A stretch of 64,000 bases of DNA from a virus. The stretch's first letter is position 1; each line of letters begins with the position of its first letter. The DNA is taken from the IMG/VR virus record IMGVR_UViG_3300047095_000811, positions 1-64,000 of that record; one strand, given 5' to 3'. The notes under the pieces were generated by a model, which made no database searches, was not told where the DNA came from, and saw only the letters and a program-made list of their open reading frames with translations. The position numbers and the translations under genes were made by a program. Shown here piece after piece: positions 25,409 to 35,777 of the stretch.

Positions 25409-26077
25409 TCAACCGCATTTCGAATCGCCACAAGAGAGACACGTCATGCAGTTATCCATCGGGATCATTGCCTTGACGCTGCACTTGGGGCAGACGATGG
25501 CGTTACGGGGGTAGCCCGTGTGGCTGTCGTCCTTGTCGCCGGTCTTGGCAACGTACTCTTGCTTCTTGCCCGCCAGATACTCCTTGGTGAACTCGTCGTG
25601 CTCCGGGTTCTCGATCAGGCCCAGAGACATGAAGTGCTTGCGGATGGCGAACAGGGAGATCTCGGCGACGAGCGACGGGATCTGACGACCGCCCTTGGCG
25701 ATGTAGCCGGTCGAGCCGGGGGTGATGATGCACTCCAGCTCTTCCAGAATGAAGGACAGGTCGCCGCCGCGACGGAAGCAGGCGGAGATCATGCGGGTCA
25801 GCGCGGTGATCCACTCGTAGTGGGTGCTGTCCTTCGAGTAGACGAAGATCTCGAACGGCTGGCGAGCGCCATCTTCGTTCACGATGTCGTTGATCGTGAC
25901 GTACATGGCGCTCTTGGCCAGCGGAGACTTCAGCTTGTAGGTGGTTCCCTGCAGCATGTCAGGACGCTTCACTTCTTTGATGGTCGGCTTGACTTGCTCG
26001 ACCTTGGGATTCTCGAACTTGGTGTCCACCACCTTGAAGCCGGTGATGCGAGAGCTGATTTCGACAGGCTGTGTCAT
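25409..26077 (-). CDS. nrdJb: class II ribonucleotide reductase C-terminal subunit (NrdJb/TSCPD)
   Basis: RP..LQGTTYK, YVTIND, PFEIF, ALTRMIS and CPKC...CMTCLSCGDSKCG motifs. Confidence 0.9.
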   Translation of the reverse strand: MTQPVEISSRITGFKVVDTKFENPKVEQVKPTIKEVKRPDMLQGTTYKLKSPLAKSAMYVTINDIVNEDGARQPFEIFVYSKDSTHYEWITALTRMISACFRRGGDLSFILEELECIITPGSTGYIAKGGRQIPSLVAEISLFAIRKHFMSLGLIENPEHDEFTKEYLAGKKQEYVAKTGDKDDSHTGYPRNAIVCPKCSVKAMIPMDNCMTCLSCGDSKCG

Positions 26078-26454
26078 GCAGTTTCCTTTTGATTGATCTT
26101 GTAGTCGCGGAAGGGGGATACCTTCTCGGCGTCCGGAGCAGAGTCGTAAGCTTTTTTGAGGCGCATGGTCTCCATGACCCACGTCCCGAAGAGTTCTTCG
26201 ACCTCCCACTCGACTCCCTTGTACTCCACCTTCTGGTGGGCGTAGATGAGGAAGCGGTCGTACTTTGTGTAGATGCAGATCTTGTACCCGTTGCGGGAAC
26301 CGATCAGCTTTGGCTGGAAGGTGTGTTCCTCCGTCCGGATCATCTCCATGCTGGTGATGTCAGAGTCGATCCGGCGGAGGGACTGGACGAAGCCTTTCGG
26401 CCCCGCCGCTTTACCGATTCCTCTGACCGATTGGTCAGAACTTGCCATAATCAT
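26074..26454 (-). CDS. hypothetical protein inserted between nrdJa and nrdJb
   Basis: ATGA overlaps on both sides. Confidence 0.65.
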   Translation of the reverse strand: MIMASSDQSVRGIGKAAGPKGFVQSLRRIDSDITSMEMIRTEEHTFQPKLIGSRNGYKICIYTKYDRFLIYAHQKVEYKGVEWEVEELFGTWVMETMRLKKAYDSAPDAEKVSPFRDYKINQKETA

Positions 26455-26957
26455 TTTCCATTCTTGATTCTCCAAACGGTTTTCTGATTCACGCCGTATT
26501 CATCAGCGATCACGCGTTGAGTGCGTTTATCTTTCTTGATCGCCTCAGTTTCCTCGTCGGTCAGCTTTCGACCATGATGAACGTATCCGTTGGCGAATTT
26601 GTCCTTCATGTTTTGACTCTGAGTACCCCATTCAAGATTATCAAGACGGAAGTCCATCGGATCATCATTGAGATGGCGAGCAACATGCTCATCCGATGGC
26701 TTTTTCCCCTTGAAGAGCTCAAGAAGCAGAAGATGTATCTTGAACTTCTGCTTCTTGCCATCTTTTTGAATTGTGACGGTCGGATACTTGGTACTATCGC
26801 CAGACAGATGAGGCACGATAACACGTTCTTTCAGATTCCGAGTCTTCACCGAGCTGGTGGTGCTGTACACGGTTCTTTCAAGACTTTTGACAGTTCCGAG
26901 ATTCGAGATTTGATAGAACCCTTCGTACCCCGGAATGTCTTTCCATGCCTCTTTCAT
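26451..26957 (-). CDS. NUMOD4-HNH homing endonuclease
   Basis: WKDIPGYEGFYQISNLG (NUMOD4); RHLNDDPMDFRLDNLEWGTQSQN (HNH); C-terminal HTH. Confidence 0.9.
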   Translation of the reverse strand: MKEAWKDIPGYEGFYQISNLGTVKSLERTVYSTTSSVKTRNLKERVIVPHLSGDSTKYPTVTIQKDGKKQKFKIHLLLLELFKGKKPSDEHVARHLNDDPMDFRLDNLEWGTQSQNMKDKFANGYVHHGRKLTDEETEAIKKDKRTQRVIADEYGVNQKTVWRIKNGK

Positions 26958-26958
26958 G

Positions 26959-29085
26959 TCAGAACTTTCCGTAATAGCCTTCCTTCAAAGCGTCGAACAG
27001 ATTGGCGGCGGAAGATTCGTGACCGTCGTAGATCACGGTGTCGCTGCCACGGACGCGGATGGTCTGGCCGTCTTCGGTCGTGAACTCATACTGGGTTGCA
27101 TCGAGGTCTTCCTTCTTAACCAGAACGCCTTGGAAAGCTTCAGGATTAAAACGGAAGGTTGTCGCACCTTTGAGGCCGCTGTCGTAGGCGGAGATGTAGA
27201 TGTCTTGGAACTTCTCGAACGGGTAGTCGGTCGGTACGTTGATCGTCTTGCTGATCGAAGAGTCAATCCACTTCTGAGCCGCCGCTTGGACCTTGACGTG
27301 ATCGAACGGATCGATGTCGTCGGCAGCACCCCACTCGGGACGCAGCTTCAGTTCAGCGATCAGCTTGTCATCGTCGATCGGACCTTTGACGATCTTGCCG
27401 CCAGTCAGTGCGCCGGACGCGTACAGCTGGCGGTACAGCATGTACTCGAAGGAGTACACCGGCTTCTGAACTTTCGTCGCCTTGCCGACTTCGATCACGT
27501 TGCGGAGATAGAAGTGAGAGAACGAAGGTTCGATGCCGTTGGACGCGTTGTTGCCGAACGACAGAGCCAGAGTCCCGGTCGGAGCGATGGAGGTCCCATG
27601 AGTGAAGCGGGAGCCGTGTTCGAGCATCTGAAGGATGATCGCACGAGCTTCTTCGTCATCGTGCCAAGCTTGGAAGTAGCCGGACATGACGTAGAGCTGC
27701 TTCGCAGAAATCGTCTGGCCGATCTGAATGTCACCGTTGACGATGTGCTCGCGCAGGTTCGGGTTCTTGTTGGCCAGCTCCTGAGTGACGGTGAACGACT
27801 CACTGAAGATCGGGGCGGCACCGCGAGTCTTCGCCATTGCCACGCCAGTCTTGAAGTTGTTCAGGGCCAGGGAGCGAGTGATCTTCTCAGTGAAAGTCAC
27901 GGACTCATCGGAGCCGTAACGGATGCCCATCATGATCAGGGCGGAGCCGAGGCCGAGGTAGCCCATACCGTGACGACGCTTGCGAAGGATCTCGTCGCGC
28001 TGTTCCGGCAGAGGCAGACCGTTGATCTCGACCACGTTGTCCAGCATGCGGGCGAAGAGCTGAACGTTCTTGGCGAACTCGTCGAAGTCGAAGTATGCTT
28101 CTTCGGTGAACGGGTTGCGCACGTAGCGGGTCAGGTTCACGGATCCGAGCAGGCAGGAACCGTTCGGAGGAAGAGGTTGCTCGCCGCAGGGGTTCGTGGC
28201 GCGGATGTTCTCGCAGAACCACAGGTTGTTGCGACGGTTGACTTCGTCGATCAGGATGAAGCCGGGTTCGGCGAAGTCGTAGGTGGACTTCATGATGATG
28301 CCCCACAGTTCACGGGCAGGCATCTTGCGGTCTTCGAACGGCTTGCCATTCCACATGAACACCCACTCGCGATCGTTCTTGACCGCTTCCATGAATTCGT
28401 CGGTGATCAGGATGGAGATGTTGAAGTGGCGCAGACGACCGTCTTCACGCTTGGCCTTGATGACGTCGATAACGTCGGGGTGGCTCACGTCGAAGGTCAG
28501 CATCTGTGCGCCGCGACGGCCACCGGCAGACGAGACCGTGAAACAAGCCTTGTCGTAGGTGTCGGCGAAAGCCAGAGGGCCGTTGGTGGAAGCGCCAGCG
28601 CCGTTCACGAAAGCGCCTTTCGGACGCAGCGTGGAGAACTCGTAGCCGATGCCGCAGCCGAACTTCAGGGTGATCGCAGCCTTGTACAGCGATTGGAAGA
28701 TGCCGTCCATCGAATCCTCGATGGTCTGGCTCACGGTGCAGTTGATCGTCGAGGTCTTGGGCTTGTGCTCGCCAGCACCTGCGTTCGACATGATCCGACC
28801 GGCAGGCCAGCAGCCGCCGATCTTCATCGCGTTGTAGTATTCGGTAGCGATGCGACCGATCCAACCTTCGCGGTCTTCGGTGTATTCGCCGTGTTGGATG
28901 CCGGTCTCGTACTCGACCGCTGCCAGTTCCTTGGCGACCCGCCAGAAGCTGGCGTCGAGGTCTTGGTCGATGGGTTCATGCGTCTTGCCGTCCTTCAGGC
29001 AATACTTACTCTGCCAGATCTCTTGCGAGGTTTCCTGCAGAGGCAGGACGTTGTTCAACGTTTCTTGTTGTACTTGCTGTGTCAT
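26959..29085 (-). CDS. nrdJa: adenosylcobalamin-dependent (class II) ribonucleotide reductase NrdJa
   Basis: PAGRIMSNAG, INC, RRGAQM, FNISI, TNPCGEQPL, CLLGSVNL, SIAPTGT and SISKTIN motifs. Confidence 0.95.
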   Translation of the reverse strand: MTQQVQQETLNNVLPLQETSQEIWQSKYCLKDGKTHEPIDQDLDASFWRVAKELAAVEYETGIQHGEYTEDREGWIGRIATEYYNAMKIGGCWPAGRIMSNAGAGEHKPKTSTINCTVSQTIEDSMDGIFQSLYKAAITLKFGCGIGYEFSTLRPKGAFVNGAGASTNGPLAFADTYDKACFTVSSAGGRRGAQMLTFDVSHPDVIDVIKAKREDGRLRHFNISILITDEFMEAVKNDREWVFMWNGKPFEDRKMPARELWGIIMKSTYDFAEPGFILIDEVNRRNNLWFCENIRATNPCGEQPLPPNGSCLLGSVNLTRYVRNPFTEEAYFDFDEFAKNVQLFARMLDNVVEINGLPLPEQRDEILRKRRHGMGYLGLGSALIMMGIRYGSDESVTFTEKITRSLALNNFKTGVAMAKTRGAAPIFSESFTVTQELANKNPNLREHIVNGDIQIGQTISAKQLYVMSGYFQAWHDDEEARAIILQMLEHGSRFTHGTSIAPTGTLALSFGNNASNGIEPSFSHFYLRNVIEVGKATKVQKPVYSFEYMLYRQLYASGALTGGKIVKGPIDDDKLIAELKLRPEWGAADDIDPFDHVKVQAAAQKWIDSSISKTINVPTDYPFEKFQDIYISAYDSGLKGATTFRFNPEAFQGVLVKKEDLDATQYEFTTEDGQTIRVRGSDTVIYDGHESSAANLFDALKEGYYGKF

Positions 29086-29145
29086 TAACGAACTCCGGTT
29101 GATGATGCTCGATGAGGGGTCTCATCGAGCTACGAACGATTTAAA

Positions 29146-29222
29146 TGGCACCGCCAGAGGGATTCGAACCCCCGACAACCTGCTTAGAAGGCAGGTGCTC
29201 TATCCGACTGAGCTATGGCGGC
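29146..29222 (-). tRNA. tRNA-Arg(UCU)
   Basis: CCTGC-CTTCTAA-GCAGG anticodon arm; TTCGAAT T-loop; CCA. Confidence 0.96.
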
Positions 29223-29230
29223 ACTGGAGG

Positions 29231-29578
29231 CTACTCTCCTGTTATCCCATACAAATCATGCACAAATTTGTACACGTCCAAAGTACATCCGGGGCGCATC
29301 ATCACCTTGACGGAGGATGCAGATGCATTGCTGGAGGAGGTCACGTCGAGCCAATTAGTCCCGATGCCATCTTGGATCGTCTTGACTGCTTCTGCGACCA
29401 TCTGGACTTCCTCGGAGTCAATAGACCCACCGTTAGCCAAGACGATTCGATCCACGTTCTCGGAGATGCTCTGGAAGACATCGACTTCGGTCGATTCCAC
29501 CATAATCCGGAACGTCTTGCTGAAGTTATTGAGCCTGCTGATGCAGAACGTTAGCTCTATCACGCTCTTTTCACTCAT
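29231..29578 (-). CDS. hypothetical protein
   Basis: AAAGGA RBS; first gene after an early promoter. Confidence 0.7.
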   Translation of the reverse strand: MSEKSVIELTFCISRLNNFSKTFRIMVESTEVDVFQSISENVDRIVLANGGSIDSEEVQMVAEAVKTIQDGIGTNWLDVTSSSNASASSVKVMMRPGCTLDVYKFVHDLYGITGE

Positions 29579-29660
29579 GCTTTTCCTTTTCTGTTTGAAG
29601 ATTCATGCACCGTACCCAGCCTTTTGTTTTCTTCTTACCTTTCTGTGGAAGTTTTCGAAG

Positions 29661-29676
29661 CACGGTCATAATATAT
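29661..29676 (-). promoter_or_regulatory. early-type promoter ATATAT-TAT-GACC-GTG
   Basis: recurrent motif; heads the tRNA-Arg/nrdJ unit. Confidence 0.75.
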
Positions 29677-29733
29677 ACTAATAATATAAATAGAAAAGGG
29701 GGTTACGGCGTGTACCGTAACCTCCGTTTTCTG

Positions 29734-30738
29734 TCACTTCACAAGCTTACGACGCTTGTCGATGCATTCCTGGATGATCTGCTCTTTAGAGCGACCGAGA
29801 AGTTCGATCGCATTCAGGGTTTCCAGAACCGTGTATTGGGCGATGGATTCACCGAGGATCTGATCCTGAGTGAAGCCTTCCATCGATGCCTTGGCATGGA
29901 CGGTCTTGTAGACTTCTTTGAACACAGAGGGAGACTTCGCACTGCGGATGAGCTGCGCGTTGGACTTGTTGGAGTACTTGTCTTCCTTGTAGGACTCTTC
30001 GAGGAACTCCAGCATCTCTGCCTTCTCGGACTCTACCTTCAGCGCGGAGATGACCTTCGATTCCACGTCCTCGGTGAGTTTACCGACGAAGTCTTCGTAG
30101 ACCTGCTCTGCGATCGTGATGTTGCCCTTCTGCTTGGACTCGCCATTGTCGATGTCGCCGAAGGTCAGAAGGTTGTCCATGTAGTTCTGGACGGTGTAGG
30201 TCTGAGCGTTCGGATTGTCGGACAGCTGCTCCCGGACTGCACTGATGGTGCCTGCGATGGAGATCGCCATCTGGGATGCCTTGATCTCGGTTGCAGCGCC
30301 GAGGTCGATCGAGGAGGAGCGAGCGTACTGGTCACCGACCATCATGGAGGTGGTGGAGTCCTTCGTCACGAAGTCAGAAACGACTTCGTACATCTTCTGG
30401 AATGCCTGCGGCTGCTCGGAGATGGGAGCATCCTCACGGAGTGCTTCCTTGCCATCGACGGGCATCGCGTTGTAGGCGGCTACGGCGATCATGGAGGTCA
30501 GAGCCTCGTTGAATGCCTTGCGTTTCGCTTGGTTGGCTTCACGGCGGAGCACAGCCTTGGTCTTGATGCTGCGGAAGGTGGAGCCGTTCATCTGCTCCAT
30601 CAGAGCCTTGGTCTTGCCAGCCTGCACGGACTGGAACTGAGACTGCTGCTCGTGGAGTTCCTTCGCACAAGCCTGCAGGCGGCTGGCCTGACGGGCGTTG
30701 TAGAAGGGCTTGATGACTTTCTTCGGAGGAACGTTCAT
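29734..30738 (-). CDS. putative virion structural protein
   Basis: ATG 30738 with AAGGA RBS; late promoter at 30773-30785. Confidence 0.7.
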   Translation of the reverse strand: MNVPPKKVIKPFYNARQASRLQACAKELHEQQSQFQSVQAGKTKALMEQMNGSTFRSIKTKAVLRREANQAKRKAFNEALTSMIAVAAYNAMPVDGKEALREDAPISEQPQAFQKMYEVVSDFVTKDSTTSMMVGDQYARSSSIDLGAATEIKASQMAISIAGTISAVREQLSDNPNAQTYTVQNYMDNLLTFGDIDNGESKQKGNITIAEQVYEDFVGKLTEDVESKVISALKVESEKAEMLEFLEESYKEDKYSNKSNAQLIRSAKSPSVFKEVYKTVHAKASMEGFTQDQILGESIAQYTVLETLNAIELLGRSKEQIIQECIDKRRKLVK

Positions 30739-30772
30739 GGTGTATCCTTGGCGTTTTAGTGGATAGGAAAGA

Positions 30773-30785
30773 CTATCTAGGTGTT
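30773..30785 (-). promoter_or_regulatory. late-type promoter AACA-CCTAGA-TAG
   Basis: exact motif. Confidence 0.75.
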
Positions 30786-30803
30786 CTCGATTGCAATGAA
30801 AAA

Positions 30804-30829
30804 CCCCCATGAGAGATCTCTCATGGGGG
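30804..30829 (-). terminator. perfect 26-bp palindrome / terminator
   Basis: CCCCCATGAGAGATCTCTCATGGGGG followed by a T-run on the minus strand. Confidence 0.7.
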
Positions 30830-30835
30830 AATTCA

Positions 30836-33427
30836 TTACAGGTAGTCGATCGTGAGGGACGGCAGGAAGTCGTTGCCGTACTCGTCGGCACCAGTCAACT
30901 TCTTCACGGTCAGGAACTCGGGGACGTAGTCCGCAAGCTTCTTCTCCTCGTTCCCCTCGATCGCGGAGATCGTCTGGATGTTGGAGTTGTTCACAGTGTA
31001 GATCTGGATGAACGCGATGTCCGTGAACTTGCGTTCGAGCGCCGTGATTAGGTTCGAGATCGAGAAGCGTTTCTCCATCGTGTAGTTCGACGCTTCCACG
31101 ATCTTGACGATTTCGTCCCGGATGCTCTTGTCGAGCTCCTTGGAGTAGACTGTACGGAGCTTGATCTGGAGGTGGATCTTGATGTCCACGGTGTCGATCG
31201 AGTAGTTCCGGCTCACGCCAGAGGTGTTGTAGTACTTCAGATCGAGCTGCGTGTTGTTCTCCAGCTCGACGTCGGTCTCGTCAACGACCTTGAACAACTG
31301 GGCGATCGTCGCCATGATGTCTCGGTTGTACTTCTCGTTGAAAAAGAAGTTTGCGCCGATCAGGGGGACCCTCTTCAGGACCACTTCACCAGTGGTCTCG
31401 TTGAGGTGGATCGGGCAGTGGACGTACGGAGAGATGTCCTCCGCGATCCCGATCGTCTCGCTCGAATTGAACTCGATGACGGGAGTAACGAGCGAGTAAT
31501 CCGTGATGGAAGAACCATCCGAATTTCTCGGGTCGTAAACCGCGATGTCTATCCTGTACTTGCCGACGAGATGCACCTCCGGGATCACAGAAGTGATGTC
31601 CGTGGGACTGTAGAACGTGTTCTCGATGATGTACTCGCCCTTGTCAGTGAACGAGTCATTCGTGAGGATGTCTAGATAGAACTGTCCTGTCTCTCCTACC
31701 TGAGTCATCGGGGCCATGCCGATCAGGACATTCTCGTCATAGAGCATCGCCATGATCTTCCGAGTCTCGCCCGTCTTCGGGTTCTTCAGTGCGTTCTTGT
31801 CGCCAAGAATGTCGCATGAGAGGATGAAACGGTCCAGATGGACTAGACTATTCCGCTGGATGCTGTAGTGGTTCAGCGAGATCGCGTCGATCACGCCGGA
31901 CTGGATCTTCTTCGGGTTGTACACTACCGGAACGGTGTACGAGTAGTCCGTCTGGTACACGTTTAGCTTGGGAAAGCTCTGGAAGTCCATGTTCAGCAGG
32001 TAGGGCACGACGAATACGTACGCGTCTGTGTTGTACATGTAAGGATCGGGAATCTCCCCGAGGCTCAGCAGCCGGTAGGACGAGGTTGCCCGATCGTAGA
32101 TGACGACAGTTCCGGCCTTGATCGAGAAGTTCCGCTCGGAGATCTCTTGGAAGTCCAGCTTCAGATCGACCGTGTTCGTCGGAACCACGGTGCCGTCGGC
32201 GAGGCGGAGGAGCAGGTACACCGAGTAGATTCGCCGGAAGAAATCGTCCCGGACCTTGATGACTTTGGTGTCGATGCTCTTCTTGATGCGCTCGCTCTTG
32301 ATCAGATCGAACAAATTCTCCAAGTCCTTCTCGGTGATGTAAGAATCTCTCGTGCGCAGACGGTTGATCAGCGCGATCTTGGACTCCTTGAAGTTACCTT
32401 GGTCCTGACCACCAGTGGGATCGGTCAGGCTGATCATGTTGTAACTTGCCTGATCCAGCCAAGAGTCCTTGGCGGTGATCGAGCCGGAGTAGGAGAAGTT
32501 GCCCTCCGTGCCCTCGGTGGTCATCAGGCTAACCCGGAGACGAGAGTTGAACGCAGGGTTGAAGTCCCCAACCTTCGGAGAGAAGTACACGCGCAGGGTG
32601 GAATCGCCAGTCATCGTGTAGTAGCCGAAGAAGTTGCTGTCAGACGAGATGACTTCCCCGAAGTACATCGGGACCTCCGTCCAGACGTCCTTATTGGCAA
32701 AGCGGTCGTCCGGGGTCTGATAGAAGGTGTTGAACGACACCAGATTGGAGCCGAAGTTGATGTCGTAGATGGAACGTTCGAGGATGTCGTTGTTCATGAC
32801 GTCGAACGTCATGGACTTCTTCGAGAACTGGTAGAGGTTGAAGAAAATCGTGAGCGTGTCGCCCTCGACCAATACCTTCAAGTGCTCGGTGGTGATCAGC
32901 GGGTCGCGGTAGTTTGCGTCCTCGGTGCCGGTCTTGTAACGGGCGTAGGCCGAGACTGAGGTCGTCCCGGTGTACCAGACCTTGAGCTCGATCGTGTAAG
33001 GAAGCATGAACTTCTTGGTGCCGACGATGAACTCTTGGTCGCGGCTGATCTCGAACAGCTTCGTGCCGTCCTGAGTGTACGTGTTGAACGTAGACTGGGA
33101 GGGAAGCTTCATCAGCTTCGTGGTGTTCAGCTTCAGCGCCACTTGCAGCGATGCGGGTTTTGCGAACTCGATGTTGTAGTCGAGCAAGCGAGCCCAGTTG
33201 AAGATGGAGTTCTTCATCGTCGCGGTATTCAGGAAGAACTCTTTGTAGAGCATGTTCCGGTGGAAAGCCGCGTCCTTTGCGATGTGAGAAGCGATGCCAG
33301 TGACGTATCCGAACATGCCGGTCTTCGCAGTCGAGATGTCCTCGATCTTGAAGTAGTCTCTGGCCATTTCGAGGAACAGTTCGTCGTAATTGTAACTGAC
33401 CTCGGAGATGGATGGAGTAATTGCCAT
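30836..33427 (-). CDS. baseplate wedge-like structural protein (863 aa)
   Basis: EFFLNTA..KNSIFNWA, TTEGTEGNF, PTGGQD and ITEKDLE patterns typical of gp6-like wedge proteins. Confidence 0.75.
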   Translation of the reverse strand: MAITPSISEVSYNYDELFLEMARDYFKIEDISTAKTGMFGYVTGIASHIAKDAAFHRNMLYKEFFLNTATMKNSIFNWARLLDYNIEFAKPASLQVALKLNTTKLMKLPSQSTFNTYTQDGTKLFEISRDQEFIVGTKKFMLPYTIELKVWYTGTTSVSAYARYKTGTEDANYRDPLITTEHLKVLVEGDTLTIFFNLYQFSKKSMTFDVMNNDILERSIYDINFGSNLVSFNTFYQTPDDRFANKDVWTEVPMYFGEVISSDSNFFGYYTMTGDSTLRVYFSPKVGDFNPAFNSRLRVSLMTTEGTEGNFSYSGSITAKDSWLDQASYNMISLTDPTGGQDQGNFKESKIALINRLRTRDSYITEKDLENLFDLIKSERIKKSIDTKVIKVRDDFFRRIYSVYLLLRLADGTVVPTNTVDLKLDFQEISERNFSIKAGTVVIYDRATSSYRLLSLGEIPDPYMYNTDAYVFVVPYLLNMDFQSFPKLNVYQTDYSYTVPVVYNPKKIQSGVIDAISLNHYSIQRNSLVHLDRFILSCDILGDKNALKNPKTGETRKIMAMLYDENVLIGMAPMTQVGETGQFYLDILTNDSFTDKGEYIIENTFYSPTDITSVIPEVHLVGKYRIDIAVYDPRNSDGSSITDYSLVTPVIEFNSSETIGIAEDISPYVHCPIHLNETTGEVVLKRVPLIGANFFFNEKYNRDIMATIAQLFKVVDETDVELENNTQLDLKYYNTSGVSRNYSIDTVDIKIHLQIKLRTVYSKELDKSIRDEIVKIVEASNYTMEKRFSISNLITALERKFTDIAFIQIYTVNNSNIQTISAIEGNEEKKLADYVPEFLTVKKLTGADEYGNDFLPSLTIDYL

Positions 33428-33436
33428 GACCTATCC

Positions 33437-34507
33437 TTAAGATTGCTCCGGGTTCGGGAGCACCAATTTGAAAACCGGCATCCCGGTGTACAAGTCCTTG
33501 CCGCCATAGACGACGCCAGGGTATTTGCTGCTGGATGCTCCGCGAAGCGAGTCCACGGCGCTGCCGGTGTAGTAGCTCCCGGTAGGGTTGCTGAGTGCGT
33601 CGCCGGTAGAGAGAAGGTTGAAGTCCCGGAGGATGTAGAGATTCATGTCCTCCTTGTAGGAGAACTGGTACTCCACGGGGATCGTCTTCTTGATGTCGAT
33701 CCCACCGTCCTCGCTGGTGAGCTCACCCCAAGGCACCTTGGTCGGGAAGCACCCCGTATAGCGGCACCAGTGGGTGATGGTCTCACCGTCCGGCTGGACG
33801 GTGAACACGTAGATGCTGCACATGTAGTCGATCGTTCTCGACAGATGGCTCAGCATGTCCGCACCGGCGAGGTACCTGCCGGTCAGAGTGTCGCCCATGA
33901 AAGCTTTCTCGATGTACTCCAGCCAGAGCCGATGCAGCTTCATGATGGTCAGGTGGCCGTCTTCGAGGTAGTTGACGGTCATTTGGCCGCTGATCCGAGA
34001 GTCCTTTGCCGTGGTGCCTAGGACGATCTTGTAGCGGTTCCAGGTTTCGCTGTAGTCAACGGTAGCAAGAGCCTCGTCGGACGTCATGTACGAAGCGGCT
34101 CGGTTGGACAGGACCGGGATCATAGACATCGTGGAGCCGGATAGCGCCTCGATAATCTCTCTTGAGTAGATGCTGATCCTGCTGTCGCCTCCCTCAGAAG
34201 GAAGTCCGAGAACTCGCTGGTTGTTACTCAGGATCAGTTCGGTGTTGTTTCCGCCAGTCATCGAAGGGCTCTTGCTGTGGATGGGCAGCTCCGGGGCGGT
34301 GATGAATAGGTAGTTGTACCCGGTGACGAGAGGATCGTCCTTGACCTTCCGGTTCCTCCAGAAAGTCCAGTTCTCATCTCTTCCGGAGGGAGACTCGCTA
34401 GCGTAGTAATCTACGTCTTCGCGGTCCACCTTGGTTTTATCGAGGGACTGCTGGGGCAGACCGAGGATGTACGATTTGTATTCAGACGAAATTGAATCAT
34501 CAGGCAT
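33437..34507 (-). CDS. virion structural protein (tail tube/baseplate-like)
   Basis: DYMCSIYVF...YTGCFPTKVP...VEYQF tube-like pattern; late promoter at 34539-34551. Confidence 0.65.
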   Translation of the reverse strand: MPDDSISSEYKSYILGLPQQSLDKTKVDREDVDYYASESPSGRDENWTFWRNRKVKDDPLVTGYNYLFITAPELPIHSKSPSMTGGNNTELILSNNQRVLGLPSEGGDSRISIYSREIIEALSGSTMSMIPVLSNRAASYMTSDEALATVDYSETWNRYKIVLGTTAKDSRISGQMTVNYLEDGHLTIMKLHRLWLEYIEKAFMGDTLTGRYLAGADMLSHLSRTIDYMCSIYVFTVQPDGETITHWCRYTGCFPTKVPWGELTSEDGGIDIKKTIPVEYQFSYKEDMNLYILRDFNLLSTGDALSNPTGSYYTGSAVDSLRGASSSKYPGVVYGGKDLYTGMPVFKLVLPNPEQS

Positions 34508-34538
34508 GGTGATTCCTCGTGGAAAGCCGTTGGTTGAT

Positions 34539-34600
34539 TTATTATGATGTTTTCCATTATAAATATAGGGAAAGCATCGTCAATATGAACATCCTCTTAG
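34539..34600. promoter_or_regulatory. divergent pair of late-type promoters (minus 34539-34551; plus 34588-34600)
   Basis: AACA-TCATAA-TAA and AACA-TCCTCT-TAG, each facing its gene. Confidence 0.7.
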
Positions 34601-34651
34601 AAAATCCTAGATGTCTAGGCTGATTTACTTCCAATCTAGAGGGCCAAAACT

Positions 34652-35767
34652 ATGCCTTTCTCAACTCTCATCGATCGGGCATCTGACAAGGTGCAGGATC
34701 TCGCCGCGAACCTGTTCAGCAAGACCAGATTCAAGAAGATCACCGATATCAACAAAGAATCCAAGAAGCTCTCTCTGGAGCTGTACGGCGTCTACTCCAC
34801 CAACATCTCCCCGCAGACCATGATGGCGGTGCAGAAGCTGATGGCAGCAAAGTACACCAGCTCGGTTGCATCCGTGCTGAAGCTTCTGGTTCACCAGATC
34901 AACGAGGCTCGCCAGAACGGTCAGAAGGTGGATACCGTCGGTACCGTTCATCGAGTTCTTGCCAACTCCGGTGAGACCAACAACAACGCAATTCAGTCCA
35001 TCGCTGACCGCGTCAACTTCGCCGAGAACGTCGTTTTCAACAAGAACACCCTCTCCTCCACCACCAAGGTTCTGAGCGAGGCTGGAAACAACAACGCCGG
35101 ACTGGGCGACGCCATCGCCGGGACAAGGATGGACTTCGACATCAACATCGACGTCCCGGTGCGCGACAAGTCCGGTAACATCGTCTGGGACGACAAGGGT
35201 TACGCCGAGACCAAGTCGGACAGCATCCGCTTCGACGTGCTGACCACTGTCAACATGGTTCCCATCGACGCTCCGAAGCTCGTCGAGACGGTTGGTACCA
35301 CGAAGGACCGTAGCATTCTCTTCAACTACATCAAGCTCCGTGCTGGCAACTCCTCGCCGCTGCAGGGGTTCTTGATGAACCTGAAGGAAATCGATAAGGA
35401 GGTCCAGCGCAACGTCTCCGACTCGATGGAGGACCGAATCCTCGCTTCCATGATGAAGAAGGGCGGCTTCCTGATTCCCGAGTACTTCTCCGAGCTGACC
35501 GAGTCCCGCCACTACGTCATGTGCATCGAGAAGTCTGATGCAGATATGCTCCGTTCGAACTACGGCTTCGACCTTAGAAAGCCGAACGCCCTGCGCACCC
35601 TGTTCGACCGCTACAAGATCCTCTCTCTGGTCATCGTTGACTCCGTCAGCAAGAACCTGATCATCCACGACAGCGACAACCCGCTGACCGGCGTGACGAT
35701 CAACTACGACAAGAGCATGGACAACAACGAAGCTCTCGACACCTTCATGAAGCTCGTTCGCAACTAA
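34652..35767 (+). CDS. putative virion structural protein
   Basis: 371-aa ORF, strong codon bias, late promoter. Confidence 0.75.
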   Translation: MPFSTLIDRASDKVQDLAANLFSKTRFKKITDINKESKKLSLELYGVYSTNISPQTMMAVQKLMAAKYTSSVASVLKLLVHQINEARQNGQKVDTVGTVHRVLANSGETNNNAIQSIADRVNFAENVVFNKNTLSSTTKVLSEAGNNNAGLGDAIAGTRMDFDINIDVPVRDKSGNIVWDDKGYAETKSDSIRFDVLTTVNMVPIDAPKLVETVGTTKDRSILFNYIKLRAGNSSPLQGFLMNLKEIDKEVQRNVSDSMEDRILASMMKKGGFLIPEYFSELTESRHYVMCIEKSDADMLRSNYGFDLRKPNALRTLFDRYKILSLVIVDSVSKNLIIHDSDNPLTGVTINYDKSMDNNEALDTFMKLVRN

Positions 35768-35777
35768 GGAGCCAGAA

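Noticed and set aside
29086-29145. Cobalamin riboswitch upstream of nrdJ
   Set aside because: Only 60 bp containing one simple hairpin; far too short.
29145-29681. 178-aa plus-strand ORF
   Set aside because: It is the antisense reading of tRNA-Arg and the 29231-29578 gene.
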